A stretch of DNA of 64,000 nucleotides, taken from assembly GCA_028285585.1 (NCBI GenBank), contig JANQOU010000008.1, forward strand, positions 200,760 to 264,759. Reading direction: 5' to 3'. This stretch comes from Acidimicrobiia bacterium. GTDB taxonomy: Bacteria > Actinomycetota > Acidimicrobiia > Spongiisociales > ZC4RG35. The notes under the pieces were generated by a model that saw only the letters and a program-made list of their open reading frames with translations, did not search any database and had not been told where the DNA came from. The first letter of the stretch is position 1. Each line of letters opens with the position of its first letter. A program made the position numbers and the translations under genes. Positions 48,965 to 59,568 of the stretch are shown here, piece after piece.

Positions 48965-49666
48965 ATGGACGTCAAGACACTCGATTCTCGGATCTCAGAT
49001 CTCACCGCATCGCTCGGTGACTCCACCAGACGCGCCATCTACATCGCCGTTCGCGAGTCCGCTGAGCCGCTGACCACCTCCGAGGTGGCCAAGCTGTTCG
49101 ACATCCATGCCAACGTCGCCCGCCATCACCTAGACCGCCTCGCCGACGACGGCTACGTACAGGTGAGCCATCGGCCCAGTGCCAACCAGGGTGCGGGACG
49201 GCCCGCCAAGACCTACGAGGCAACCTCCAAGGAAGTCACGGTCCACTTCGCTCCACGACGGTTCGAGATGCTCACCGAAATGTTGTTCCAGGTGCTCGAG
49301 GAGGTGGCACCAGAGAACGTCTCCGAGGTCGCGGAGAATGTGGGGCGAAGCTACGGAGAGAAACTGGCATCAGAGATAGGCGCACCCGAAGAACCTGGAT
49401 ACGACGACGCAGTCCAGGCGGTGGCCAGCGCCATGACGGGCCTGGGCTTCTCCGTCGACCCCGACGTCCCCGGACAGCGGCTTCTCACTTCGCATTGCCC
49501 CTTCGGCGAGAGCGCCACCAACCATCCCGAGGTGATCTGCTCGCTCGATCGCGGGATAGTCGCCGGTCTGTTTGGCGCCCTCTCCTTCGACTGCAACCCG
49601 GTGGTGATCCCTCACAAAGCCTTGGATGACGATTGCGTCACCCAAGTCCCAGTGACAATCGGCTGA
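48965..49666 (+). CDS. Winged-helix transcriptional regulator (ArsR/DeoR-like N-terminal HTH)
   Basis: N-terminal …TRRAIYIAVRESAEPLTTSEVAKLFDIHANVARHHLDRLADDGYV… HTH. Only the C-terminal 233 codons of annotated ORF 47816-49666 are taken as real. Confidence 0.6.
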   Translation: MDVKTLDSRISDLTASLGDSTRRAIYIAVRESAEPLTTSEVAKLFDIHANVARHHLDRLADDGYVQVSHRPSANQGAGRPAKTYEATSKEVTVHFAPRRFEMLTEMLFQVLEEVAPENVSEVAENVGRSYGEKLASEIGAPEEPGYDDAVQAVASAMTGLGFSVDPDVPGQRLLTSHCPFGESATNHPEVICSLDRGIVAGLFGALSFDCNPVVIPHKALDDDCVTQVPVTIG

Positions 49667-49694
49667 CAACGCGCAGGACCACTGGCACGCTGAC

Positions 49695-50528
49695 ATGAGC
49701 CAACTCTCCGATCGTCACCAACACTTCTGGGATCTTCATCAGGCAGGTTGCTTCGTCATCCCCAACCCTTGGGACGCCGGCAGCGCACGTCTCATGGCGG
49801 CAACCGGAGCCCAGGCACTCGCCACAACGAGCGCCGGTTTCGCCTTCACCTTGGGGCGGCCGGATATGGGGCATGTGACGAGAGACGAGGCTCTCGATCA
49901 CGCCGCAGCGATTGTGGCCGCCACACCGCTCCCAGTGAGCGGCGACTTCGAGAACGGCTTCGCCGACGAGCCCGAAGCCGTTGCAGAAACGGTGCGACTT
50001 GCGCGCGAAGCAGGATTGTCCGGATGCTCCATCGAAGACACACAGATGACGGAGTCCAACCCGGCCTACGACTTCGACTTGGCGGTTGATCGAATCGCCG
50101 CGGCAGTTGAAGCAGCGCGGTCCCTCAACGACCCTTTTGTCCTTTGCGCCCGCGCCGACGGTGTGATCAACGGGAGCTACGACATGGAGGAGGCAATCGA
50201 GCGCATCGCCGCTTTCGACCGCGCCGGAGCAGACCTCATCTATGTGCCGCTGGTACCCGACGTCGCGGCCCTCGAGCGAGTGCTGGCCGCCGTCTCCAAA
50301 CCCGTGAACGCTCTCGCCGGCGGAGCCTTGGCCCAGCTTTCGGTCGAAGAGTTGGCAGCGCTGGGCACGCGACGGATCTCAGTGGGCTCTTTGATCGCCA
50401 GGATGACGCATGCAGCAACTCTTCGCGCCATACGCGCAATCGTCGACGACGGGGACTTCGGCGTTTTCGCTGAAGCGTCCGGAGGACTTGGCATCGACCG
50501 TCTGTTGGAGCAGGGCGCCGGCGCCTGA
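49695..50528 (+). CDS. Isocitrate-lyase/PEP-mutase-family protein (2-methylisocitrate-lyase-like)
   Basis: ICL/PEPM-family N terminus …FVIPNPWDAGSARL… and family-typical length. Confidence 0.7.
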   Translation: MSQLSDRHQHFWDLHQAGCFVIPNPWDAGSARLMAATGAQALATTSAGFAFTLGRPDMGHVTRDEALDHAAAIVAATPLPVSGDFENGFADEPEAVAETVRLAREAGLSGCSIEDTQMTESNPAYDFDLAVDRIAAAVEAARSLNDPFVLCARADGVINGSYDMEEAIERIAAFDRAGADLIYVPLVPDVAALERVLAAVSKPVNALAGGALAQLSVEELAALGTRRISVGSLIARMTHAATLRAIRAIVDDGDFGVFAEASGGLGIDRLLEQGAGA

Positions 50529-50640
50529 CCAGGTTTCGCCTGAGATAAAGCGGGCCGTTCTTGCCCTTCTGGTGGGAAGGCCCACTGCCCGGCCGTAGTT
50601 AATCTCAAAGAAGATAAAACTTGAAGACGAAAGGCCTGAA

Positions 50641-53301
50641 ATGAGACATGACCCTTTCGGCGCTCGCTCCGGCCTCGACACCCCGCTCGGAACACGCGAG
50701 ATCGCCCGCCTCGATTCACTTGAAGGCGTAGAGGAACTGCCCTACTCGATCAAGGTGCTTCTTGAGTCTGCGCTGCGCAACCTCGACGGAGTCTCGATCA
50801 CCGAAGACGACGTGCGTCGCATCGCCGCGTACGACGCTCGCAACGTCGAGCAGAGTGAGATCCCGTTCGTGCCTGGCCGGGTGGTCCTTCAGGACTTCAC
50901 CGGCGTCCCGGCGGTCGTCGATCTCGCTGCCATGCGCGAAGCCATCGTCCGGATGACCGGCGACGAAGGCGCAGCCCAGAGGGTCAATCCCCTGATCCCG
51001 GCCGACCTGGTGATCGACCACTCGGTGCAGGTCGATGCCTTCGCGAGACCGGATGCGCTGATCATCAACTCGAACAAGGAGTTCGAGCGCAACCAGGAGC
51101 GATACGAGTTCTTGAAGTGGGGCCAGTCGGCCTTCGCCAACTTCAGGGTTGTCCCGCCCGCCACGGGCATAGTCCACCAAGTCAACCTGGAGTACTTGGC
51201 GAAGGTGGTCTGGGACGACGGCGACACCCTTTATCCCGACAGCCTGGTGGGCACGGACTCGCACACCACCATGATCAACGGCCTTGGCGTCGTCGGCTGG
51301 GGCGTGGGAGGCATCGAAGCCGAGGCCGCGATGGTCGGCCAGCCCATCTACATGCTTCTGCCTGAGGTTGTCGGGTTCCGGCTGACCGGCAGGCTGGCGG
51401 AGGGAGCGACCGCAACCGACCTCGTCCTCAGAGTCACTGAGATGCTCCGAAACCACGGCGTGGTCGGCAAATTCGTTGAGTTCCACGGCCCCGGGCTAGA
51501 CGAGATGCCACTGGCCAATCGAGCCACCATCGCCAACATGGCCCCAGAGTACGGAGCGACGGTTGGCTTCTTCCCCGTCGACGACCAGACCTTGACCTAC
51601 ATGCGCCTCACCGGGCGCGACGACAAGCTGATCGACACCGTCGAGGCCTACTACAAGACACAGGGGATGTGGCGGGAGAACAACCGCAGCATCAACTACA
51701 GCGCCGATCTGGAGCTCGACATGGGAACCGTTCAGCCTGCTCTCGCCGGGCCGAAACGACCCCAGGATCGGATCGATCTCTCGTCGATGAAGTCTCAGTG
51801 GTCCTCCGACCTCAGCGGGGAGTTCGGCAGGAAAGAGGATTCAGCCGTCGCTTCGGTCAGCTACGAAGGGGAGACGTTCGACCTCACCGATGGTGACGTG
51901 GTGATCGCCGCAATCACCTCCTGCACCAACACCTCCAACCCGGATGTCATGGTCGGTGCCGGCCTGGTCGCCCGAAAGGCGCGCGAGCTGGGCTTGGACC
52001 GCAAGCCGTGGGTGAAGACCTCCTTGGCTCCCGGTTCCAAGGTCGTGACCGAGTACCTGACCGAGTCGGGCTTGCTCAAGGACTTGGAGGCCCTTGGCTT
52101 CGGAGTTGTCGGATACGGGTGCACAACCTGCATCGGGAACTCGGGGCCACTCCCCGAGCCGATCTCGGAGGGGATCAACCAACACGAGCTGGTCGCTGCA
52201 TCGGTGCTGTCGGGAAACCGGAACTTCGAGGGGCGCATCAGCCCGGACGTGCGCGCCAACTATCTCGCCTCCCCTCCCCTGGTTGTTGCCTATGCCCTGG
52301 CAGGCACGGTCGATTGGGATCCGGTGAACGAGCCGATCGGGGTCGACTCGTCCGGCAACGAGATCTTCCTCCGTGACATCTGGCCGACCGAAGCCGAGAT
52401 CGCCGATCTGGTTGGAGAGAGCGTTCACAAGTCGCAGTTCGTCGACAAGTACGGAGACGTGTTCACCGGGTCCGACGAGTGGCGTGCCATCTCGACCAGC
52501 GAGTCCGACCTCTACACGTGGGATCCGGGGTCGACCTACGTACAGGAGCCGCCGTTCTTCACCGAGCTGACCCGCGAGGTGAGCCCGATCCAGCCAATCT
52601 CGGGAGCCCGAGTCCTTGCCATGCTTGGTGACTCGGTGACCACCGACCACATCAGCCCGGCCGGGTCGATCGCCACTGCGTCCCCGGCGGGGGAATACCT
52701 GATATCGCAAGGCGTGCAGCCCGCGATGTTCAACTCCTACGGATCACGGCGCGGCAACGACCGGGTGATGACCCGCGGCACCTTCGCCAACATAAGAGTC
52801 AGGAACAAGCTGGCTCCCGGGGCCGAAGGGGGGTGGACGACCGACCTCCTCGACGGCGAGGTGAAGTCGATCTACGAGGCCGCCTTGCACTACAAGGACG
52901 CAGGCGTCCCACTCGTCGTGCTCGGTGGCATCGACTACGGGATGGGCAGCTCTCGTGACTGGGCAGCCAAGGGAACCTTCCTGCTCGGGATCAAGGCCGT
53001 GATCACCAAGTCCTTCGAGAGGATCCACAGGTCCAATCTGGTGATGATGGGCGTGCTGCCTCTCAACTTCGCCGAGGGTGAAGACGCCGACAGTCTCGGG
53101 CTCGACGGGACCGAGGTGTTCGACATCGCCGTCGACGACACCCTCACCCCTCGCCAAACAGTGTCGGTGACGGCAACGAAGTCCGACGGCACCACTGTCA
53201 CCTTCGACACAGTTGCCCGAGTCGACACGCCGATCGAAGTCGAGTACCTGCGCAACGGTGGCATCCTTCACTACGTGCTCAGGGAGATGGCATCTGATTG
53301 A
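50641..53301 (+). CDS. acnA: Aconitate hydratase A
   Basis: 886 aa with aconitase-family motifs (…[10 protein letters not shown]…, …[10 protein letters not shown]…) and a swivel domain. Confidence 0.9.
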   Translation: MRHDPFGARSGLDTPLGTREIARLDSLEGVEELPYSIKVLLESALRNLDGVSITEDDVRRIAAYDARNVEQSEIPFVPGRVVLQDFTGVPAVVDLAAMREAIVRMTGDEGAAQRVNPLIPADLVIDHSVQVDAFARPDALIINSNKEFERNQERYEFLKWGQSAFANFRVVPPATGIVHQVNLEYLAKVVWDDGDTLYPDSLVGTDSHTTMINGLGVVGWGVGGIEAEAAMVGQPIYMLLPEVVGFRLTGRLAEGATATDLVLRVTEMLRNHGVVGKFVEFHGPGLDEMPLANRATIANMAPEYGATVGFFPVDDQTLTYMRLTGRDDKLIDTVEAYYKTQGMWRENNRSINYSADLELDMGTVQPALAGPKRPQDRIDLSSMKSQWSSDLSGEFGRKEDSAVASVSYEGETFDLTDGDVVIAAITSCTNTSNPDVMVGAGLVARKARELGLDRKPWVKTSLAPGSKVVTEYLTESGLLKDLEALGFGVVGYGCTTCIGNSGPLPEPISEGINQHELVAASVLSGNRNFEGRISPDVRANYLASPPLVVAYALAGTVDWDPVNEPIGVDSSGNEIFLRDIWPTEAEIADLVGESVHKSQFVDKYGDVFTGSDEWRAISTSESDLYTWDPGSTYVQEPPFFTELTREVSPIQPISGARVLAMLGDSVTTDHISPAGSIATASPAGEYLISQGVQPAMFNSYGSRRGNDRVMTRGTFANIRVRNKLAPGAEGGWTTDLLDGEVKSIYEAALHYKDAGVPLVVLGGIDYGMGSSRDWAAKGTFLLGIKAVITKSFERIHRSNLVMMGVLPLNFAEGEDADSLGLDGTEVFDIAVDDTLTPRQTVSVTATKSDGTTVTFDTVARVDTPIEVEYLRNGGILHYVLREMASD

Positions 53302-53821
53302 CCAGGACCCGGCGCCGGGCCCTCTGCCCCGGCCCAGCCTCAGGCTCACCGGAGTCTTCGCCGCCGTAGTCGCCATCGGGCTCATCGTCGGATGGGTGGT
53401 CAACTCGGACGACATTGCAGTAGCCGAGGTGGGCAGTCCGGCTCCGGACTTCACCGTGCCCCTGATCGGAGGCGGGACCTTCACCCTGTCCGAGCAATCC
53501 GGGATCGTCGTGATCAACGAGTGGGCCTCGTGGTGCACACCATGCCGGAAGGAGATACCCGAGATATCGGCGTTTGCCGACGCCAACCCCGATGTCGTGG
53601 TGATCGGTGTCGCCGTGGAAGACACAGCCGAAGCTGCCACTGCTTTCGCCGGCGAGGTCGGTGCCACTTACCAATTGGCAATCGGCGATACCGCCTTCGA
53701 GCGCAGCTACCCGCGGTTCGGGCTGCCGGTCACATACGTGGTCGACGCCAACGGGGTGGTGGTCAAGCTGTTCAACGGGCTGATCACCAAACAAAAACTG
53801 GAGGAACTGGTCTCGAGCTAA
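53213..53821 (+). CDS. TlpA-family thiol-disulfide oxidoreductase (membrane-anchored thioredoxin-like); start uncertain
   Basis: WCTPC CxxC motif after a TM anchor. The TTG at 53213 and the GTG at 53258 both overlap the acnA 3' end. No in-frame start lies after the acnA stop and before the TM helix. Confidence 0.7.
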   Translation: MPESTRRSKSSTCATVASFTTCSGRWHLIDQDPAPGPLPRPSLRLTGVFAAVVAIGLIVGWVVNSDDIAVAEVGSPAPDFTVPLIGGGTFTLSEQSGIVVINEWASWCTPCRKEIPEISAFADANPDVVVIGVAVEDTAEAATAFAGEVGATYQLAIGDTAFERSYPRFGLPVTYVVDANGVVVKLFNGLITKQKLEELVSS

Positions 53822-54537
53822 GTGGCAGAAGGGCCGAACTTCTTCTCGTGAAGCTGAGCGAACTCGAAGTTCGGTCCCGAGACCATCTCCGCCCACACCA
53901 CCAGCCGCTCACGCGCCGAGAACTTGGGATGGCACGTGGTCAAGGTCATCCAGCCGCCGGCCCTCGCCGCGGTGACCCACACATCGGTGGGTGCCACGAT
54001 CCTCATCTCCCGCACCACGTACCGGTGGACTCCTACGGCTGACTCGACCTCCATCACATCCCCGACCTCGAGAAGGTCGAAGTCGAAAAAGGGCCGCCCG
54101 TGAGTGGTGCGATGACCTGACAGGACCGAGTTACCGGGCTGCCCGGGTAGAGGGGTTCCCTCCATGTGCCCGGGACCGCTCTTCAGGGTCTCCAGATCGA
54201 CTCCGGCAAAAACCACCTCGTCCACGCCGATCTTCGGGATCCTGAGAAAGGCAAACGCAGTGCCGTGCTCCGGCACATCCTCCGGGTAGTACTGGACTAC
54301 GCCAGGAGTCCCCGGAAGATCAGCATCGCCACCAATGAACTCCTCGGGATCGATCGTCTCCACGGTGGGCGACTCGGATTGCGATCCCTCGAGCTCGTGC
54401 TGGAGCTCCTCAGCGGCTGCCTCTTGAACACCGGCGTTGATCAGATCAGTGACGAAGAGCTGATAGCCAAGGTATCCAAAGATGAACACCCCGCTCCAAA
54501 TCAGCGTCCAGCCGAGAACCTGAACATTGCGACGCAT
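53818..54537 (-). CDS. Class E sortase
   Basis: N-terminal TM anchor and the catalytic TLTTCHP (TLxTC) motif. Confidence 0.8.
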   Translation of the reverse strand: MRRNVQVLGWTLIWSGVFIFGYLGYQLFVTDLINAGVQEAAAEELQHELEGSQSESPTVETIDPEEFIGGDADLPGTPGVVQYYPEDVPEHGTAFAFLRIPKIGVDEVVFAGVDLETLKSGPGHMEGTPLPGQPGNSVLSGHRTTHGRPFFDFDLLEVGDVMEVESAVGVHRYVVREMRIVAPTDVWVTAARAGGWMTLTTCHPKFSARERLVVWAEMVSGPNFEFAQLHEKKFGPSAT

Positions 54538-54662
54538 CCGGGAAGGCTAAAACGAGTGGCGAGCTAGACCGGGCTTGGCTCAGTCACGACTTGAGTTTCG
54601 TTCTAAGAAAGCCCGGGACTCGCCAACTGGCTATCCGACCTATTGTTCAAATAGACGAAAGA

Positions 54663-55184
54663 ATGTCAACGTCCCGAATTGAGCAACCGCTGGCACGACC
54701 AGTTCTGTTGGCCGTACTCGCGGTTGCCACCGCCCTCGGTGCCTGTGCTATCGGCCGCACCGAACAGCCTGAATTCGGGCCCAACGAGAGCATCCTGGAT
54801 TGTTCAGCTGGGGTAAGTCGCGAGACGAGCCTGCCCGAGAACTACACCGAGGTTCTCGGCGCTGTGGGGCTGAACACGGGACTTCTATCTCTGGCCGAAG
54901 GCCCGCAATCAGAGGCGCGCTTCGCCAAATCGGGCCTATACGTGAGGGCAGGTGAGTGGTTCCGACTTTCAGTCGCACCGCCACACGACGACTCGGCTGC
55001 ACTTCTTTGGGGTGCAGAACACGGCCAAGCATCGACATTCGCCGGCGAACCCTGCGGCTCGGGTTCGGAATGGATCGTCTTCACCGGCGGCTACATCGTC
55101 GAGGAACCGTCATGTCTGACCATAAACATTGAGGGCGCCCGTGGTGAAGAAGAAGTCTCAGTCGGAATCGGAGTCGGTTGTTAG
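54663..55184 (+). CDS. Hypothetical lipoprotein
   Basis: Signal peptide with lipobox (…ATALGACAIG). No sortase sorting signal. Start at MSTSRIEQ. Confidence 0.5.
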   Translation: MSTSRIEQPLARPVLLAVLAVATALGACAIGRTEQPEFGPNESILDCSAGVSRETSLPENYTEVLGAVGLNTGLLSLAEGPQSEARFAKSGLYVRAGEWFRLSVAPPHDDSAALLWGAEHGQASTFAGEPCGSGSEWIVFTGGYIVEEPSCLTINIEGARGEEEVSVGIGVGC

Positions 55185-55410
55185 AAGTCGGCCTGGGGTG
55201 GAGCCTTGGCCAACACTGCCAACACCAAGGTCGCTCATGGTTCGAGGCGGCGATCAGTGACAACAAAGCTGACGAACAGATTCCGAAGAATCAAAGCATC
55301 AAGTCGAACCCCTGTGTCCCGCCAGGAATGCTCCGCAATTGCCTTACGCGCATACAGAACCGTCACAACGCATGGGACGCCCCCGCAGAGAGCGATCAAT
55401 CAGCCGTGAC

Positions 55411-56181
55411 TCAGCCACCCGTCCAGTCAGGATCACGCTTCTCCAGGAAGGCGGCTACACCCTCCTTGGCGTCCTCCGTGAGAGTGATCTCGGTGAGCCC
55501 GCCTTGGAGCCGGTCCAGAGCCGTGTCGAGATCGAGCCCAGCCATCCCATAAAAGGAGTCCTTGCCGAGCATCAAAGTGGCCGGACTCATTGCCAACAAC
55601 GCACTCACAAGTTCGTCGACCTCGTCATCGAGATCCTCCCTGGCCACCACACGACTCACCGCACCGAGCCGCTGCGCCTCGTGCGGGTCAATGATCCGCC
55701 CGGTCAGCATCAACTCGAGAGCCGCCTTCTTCGGCATCGCCCGAACGAGGATCGCCGAGATCATCATCGGCCACAGCCCCACGTTCACCTCGGTGGTGCC
55801 CAACTTGGCGTCATCGACACAGATCGTCACGTCACATGCGACGGCCAGGCCGAACCCGCCGGCAAGGGCGTGCCCATTGACACGAGCCACCGTCGGCTTT
55901 CCGGCACGCATCATCAGCCGGAACAGGTCGGCTAGATGACCACGCTCCCGATGCAAGCCGACCGGGTCGTCGGCGAACGAGCCGGACAAGTCTCCACCAG
56001 CGCTGAATACGCGATCGCCGGCACCCGTGTAGACGATCACACCAACGTCGTCGTCGGCCACGGCCGCTTTCGTTGCATCGAGCAGGCCAGACATCGTCTC
56101 CACCGACATCGGATTGCGCCGCTCCGGGTCATCGATCGTGATCATGGCCCTGCGGTCGGACACCTCATATCTGACACTCAT
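55411..56181 (-). CDS. Enoyl-CoA hydratase/isomerase family protein
   Basis: Crotonase-fold signature …VIVYTGAGDRVFSAGGDL…. Confidence 0.85.
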   Translation of the reverse strand: MSVRYEVSDRRAMITIDDPERRNPMSVETMSGLLDATKAAVADDDVGVIVYTGAGDRVFSAGGDLSGSFADDPVGLHRERGHLADLFRLMMRAGKPTVARVNGHALAGGFGLAVACDVTICVDDAKLGTTEVNVGLWPMMISAILVRAMPKKAALELMLTGRIIDPHEAQRLGAVSRVVAREDLDDEVDELVSALLAMSPATLMLGKDSFYGMAGLDLDTALDRLQGGLTEITLTEDAKEGVAAFLEKRDPDWTGG

Positions 56182-56224
56182 GTCCGTCTTCTTGGCCTTT
56201 CAGCTCTGATACATTCGCCACCCC

Positions 56225-56812
56225 ATGCTATGGCTGGCAATCGTCCTCTTCCTTGCTCTCGCCATAGCGATGCTCCGCGGCGGGCGGTTGGTCAACCTCG
56301 GGGACATTGAGCTTCGCGCCTGGTGGCTCCTTTTCATTGCCTTCGGCCTGCAGGCGGCCACCGGGTTCCTGTCCGAGGACGCCGAGACTCTTGGCCTCGT
56401 TTTGGTGCTCACGTCTTTCGTGCTGTTGATGGTGTTGGTCACGCTGAATCGAGCGAAACCGGGGATGTGGATTGCCGGTCTCGGTGTGTTGATGAATTTC
56501 ACCGTGATCGCACTGAATGGCGGGATGCCGGTGCTCGCCGGGGCTGCCGAAGTCGCCAGCGCATTCACGGTCACCGACCCTGATCTGTCGGGAAGCTTCA
56601 AACATGTGCTCCTCGACGAGAGCTCACGTCTCACCTTCTTCGCCGACGTGATCCCTCTGCGGCTTGCCGGCATCGGCGAGGTGATCAGCATCGGGGACAT
56701 CTTCCTAGCCGTGGGGCTGGGGGCGTTCCTCGAGTACGAGCTGCGTCGGCCCCGTCGCTACTTCAAGCGAGGCGCCCGAGCCCAACCCGGTTCGGCGAAC
56801 AGGCCGAACTAG
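56225..56812 (+). CDS. DUF5317-family membrane protein
   Basis: Four TM helices, and a position next to HD/HD-GYP membrane proteins as is typical for DUF5317. Confidence 0.55.
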   Translation: MLWLAIVLFLALAIAMLRGGRLVNLGDIELRAWWLLFIAFGLQAATGFLSEDAETLGLVLVLTSFVLLMVLVTLNRAKPGMWIAGLGVLMNFTVIALNGGMPVLAGAAEVASAFTVTDPDLSGSFKHVLLDESSRLTFFADVIPLRLAGIGEVISIGDIFLAVGLGAFLEYELRRPRRYFKRGARAQPGSANRPN

Positions 56813-56939
56813 CAACAACCCACCTGTGTGCGCGGAGTTTGCGAAGCAAACTCAAGGCTGCCGAGCCCCCGAGGCAGCCAGGTTCAGCAAATAGGCCCGG
56901 CTAACAACAACCCACGGCTGCCGAACCGGTCGAGACAGG

Positions 56940-58184
56940 CTAAGCGCGGACCGGCATCAGCACGCCCCGCCCCTCGAGCAAGCGGCGCAACGAGGCGACG
57001 ACCTCGGGGTCGTAGTCGTAAGCGGCTCCGGCGTGGAGAGCCTCCAATGCCTGGAGTGGCGACAGTGACTCCTGATGGACCTTCCAGTCGTAGGCCGCGG
57101 CAACTTTGATGATCCGGGAGATGATCGAGATGTCGGGGTCGTCCTGCTCCCCCGGCTTCCGGAATGGGTCGTATTGATGACGGACGTCGTCGGCCACCCG
57201 CTCCAGATACGGCGACTCGGCGATGATCTCGGCGCTCCAACGTGCGATGTCGTCGTCGGTGTAGCCCATGCGGATGATGTTCGGCTCGTTGAGGCTGACC
57301 CGCCCGATGTCGTGCATCAGGCCGGCGTACTCGACATCTTCGACTTGTGAAGGCCCGAGCCCCATCTCCTTGGCTATCGAGGCGGCGATGGACGTGGTCC
57401 GGTCGGCGTGACCGTCGATTGCAAGGCCAGAGACCTCTGGGATCCGCGCCAATGCCCTGATGGTCTGCTTGTAGGTGACCTTCGTCTCCTGGAAGCGTTT
57501 GAAGGCCGAATGGGCGAATGAGTACGGCAGCAGGGCGATGGGAGCGGCCCACCAGCCGATCTCGATGAACAACTCCCCGAACAAAGCGCCGGTGAGCACC
57601 AGGCCCATGAACACGTTGAGGTCGTGGAGGATCGCCCGGGCCAGGTAATTCCGCGACAACTCGCGGGGCCCGAGGATGAGCAGCGCACGCAGAACCACCT
57701 CGACGATGAGCCAGGCCACGAGAGCGACAGCGAAGGGAAGAAGGTCCTCCCACCCACCGGACAGATCGGAGAACACGCCGACTCGCATCGCCGAGTAGAC
57801 CAACCCGTAGGCGACATACCCGCCAAACCGCCTGGTCAGCGTAGGAAGAAGCACGTCGTGCTCCTCACCCCTCGAGAAGCGGAGGACCCACACCGCCGAG
57901 AGGCCTAGCCCGTAGGCGCACAGCGTCCCTGCGGTGTCGACGCCGTCGACACCCGAGAACACAAAGGGAATGGCAGCGGCCACCGCGAGGCCGGTAGTGA
58001 ACCGGTTGCCGGAGTTGGAGGTGGCGACATCTATCAACGAGGCAATCGCCAGCCCTGCGGCCGCTACCAACAGGGCGAAAGCGGTAGTCGATGCCCTGGT
58101 CGCGGCGTATACGCCGAGCACGGCCGTGACGATCGGGAACAGCCACGAAGTGGCGGTGACGATGCGAGGGTTCCAGCTAGCCAC
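56940..58184 (-). CDS. Membrane-anchored HD-domain phosphohydrolase (HD-GYP-related, lacks an intact GYP)
   Basis: N-terminal multi-TM domain followed by an HD domain (…GLMHDIGRV…). Overlaps the upstream HD-GYP gene by 8 nt. Confidence 0.7.
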   Translation of the reverse strand: MASWNPRIVTATSWLFPIVTAVLGVYAATRASTTAFALLVAAAGLAIASLIDVATSNSGNRFTTGLAVAAAIPFVFSGVDGVDTAGTLCAYGLGLSAVWVLRFSRGEEHDVLLPTLTRRFGGYVAYGLVYSAMRVGVFSDLSGGWEDLLPFAVALVAWLIVEVVLRALLILGPRELSRNYLARAILHDLNVFMGLVLTGALFGELFIEIGWWAAPIALLPYSFAHSAFKRFQETKVTYKQTIRALARIPEVSGLAIDGHADRTTSIAASIAKEMGLGPSQVEDVEYAGLMHDIGRVSLNEPNIIRMGYTDDDIARWSAEIIAESPYLERVADDVRHQYDPFRKPGEQDDPDISIISRIIKVAAAYDWKVHQESLSPLQALEALHAGAAYDYDPEVVASLRRLLEGRGVLMPVRA

Positions 58185-59568
58185 GGAGAGTCAGCTCCGG
58201 CTCTTCGGCAAGTCGACGAGCCATCTCCTCGTCGTTCACGTGGGGTGCTCCCCAGCGACGCCCGGTCTTGTTAAGCGCCTTCTCGAAGGCATCCACCACG
58301 TCCGGGTGGAACTGAGCGCCGGAATGCTTGCGCAGCTCGCCGAGGGCGTACTGCTGTGACAATGCCATCCGGTACGACCGTGCCGAGGTCATGGCGTCGA
58401 AGGCGTCTGCCACCGCGACAATGCATGCCTCGAGGCTCGGAGTCTGGCCCTCGGTGTGGCCACGGCCGCCATAGCCGTTGCCGTCATAGTGACTGTGGTG
58501 GCCCGAGGCGATGTCGACCATCGGCTGGAGGAAGTCGACCTCCGCCAGGATCTCTTCGACGAGATGAGCGTGCGCCTTCATCTCGGCGTACTCGTTGTCG
58601 TCGAGACGGCCCTTCTTCCGGATCAACTCGGTGGGAACGGCGAGCTTGCCGAGATCGTGGATGAGCGCGGCCCACTTGACGGTCTCCTGCTGGGTGCCGG
58701 TGAACCCAAGCTCCTCACCGATCATCTGGGCGAAGTACGCCACCCGCTCAGTGTGGCCGCGGGTGTACATGTCCTTGGCCTCGAGGGTCTTGACGAAGCC
58801 GCGGATCGCGGAGAGGTGCGACTCCCGGAGCTGGGAGAAGGCATACAACGACATGTGGCCGATCCCGTAGACACCGACGATGAGCACCAGAACGGCGGGA
58901 CGGTCGGTGATGACATAGGCGGCACCGAGCAGGCCGCCGATGAGACCCATCAGCACCTGACCGCTGAACAGGACATTCATCTGCGACCAGGGTTGGAGGT
59001 TCTCGTTGCCGTAGACGGTCTTCACCGCCTTGCGAACCAGGATGCTGTTGATGGTCACATAGGCGAGAGCAGCGAGACTTGAAGCCACTGCTACCCGGAT
59101 CAGGTCGCGAGTCTGGAGCGAGCTGACCTGGCCGAGATTGAGATCGAGAAGAACCCCGGCCACGGTTGCAGAGAGCACCAACTGCCCGAAGTTGGCCATG
59201 GGTTGGAACCAACGTCGCTCCTTGAAATCGGCGATGACGGCGGACCCAGCGGCGGCGATCAGAGCCATGGCAAAGGTGGCATCGGAGCCCTGCTCGACAG
59301 CCGCCACCACACCGGCAGTCATGATCACCATGATCGAAGACGACTGGAACAGACGATCATTGACCTCGACGCTGAACACCTCGAGGATCACATAGAGCAC
59401 GGCAAACGGGATCCAGAGACGCCACTCGGGTGGGTCGAAGATGAAGAAGGCGGAAACGAGAGCGATCAAGCCCAGCGTGTAATAAGGGACCGCGATCCTG
59501 AGCTTTCGCTGGACCGAGGGGTGAAGACGGCCACGTCTTCGCACTGGCTTGTCAGAATTCAACGTCAT
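58177..59568 (-). CDS. Membrane-anchored HD-GYP-like c-di-GMP phosphodiesterase (degenerate GYP→GYG)
   Basis: N-terminal ~7TM-like domain and an HD motif ALIHDLGK. The segment GHHSHYDGNGYGG matches the HHExxDGxGYP signature of HD-GYP with substitutions. Confidence 0.7.
   Translation of the reverse strand: MTLNSDKPVRRRGRLHPSVQRKLRIAVPYYTLGLIALVSAFFIFDPPEWRLWIPFAVLYVILEVFSVEVNDRLFQSSSIMVIMTAGVVAAVEQGSDATFAMALIAAAGSAVIADFKERRWFQPMANFGQLVLSATVAGVLLDLNLGQVSSLQTRDLIRVAVASSLAALAYVTINSILVRKAVKTVYGNENLQPWSQMNVLFSGQVLMGLIGGLLGAAYVITDRPAVLVLIVGVYGIGHMSLYAFSQLRESHLSAIRGFVKTLEAKDMYTRGHTERVAYFAQMIGEELGFTGTQQETVKWAALIHDLGKLAVPTELIRKKGRLDDNEYAEMKAHAHLVEEILAEVDFLQPMVDIASGHHSHYDGNGYGGRGHTEGQTPSLEACIVAVADAFDAMTSARSYRMALSQQYALGELRKHSGAQFHPDVVDAFEKALNKTGRRWGAPHVNDEEMARRLAEEPELTLRG

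Noticed and set aside
56813-56939. Convergent intergenic region with GGCTGCC…GGCAGCC hairpin and AACAACCCAC direct repeats
   Set aside because: Probably an ordinary bidirectional terminator region between the DUF5317 and HD-domain genes. The repeats are short and not found elsewhere in the window.
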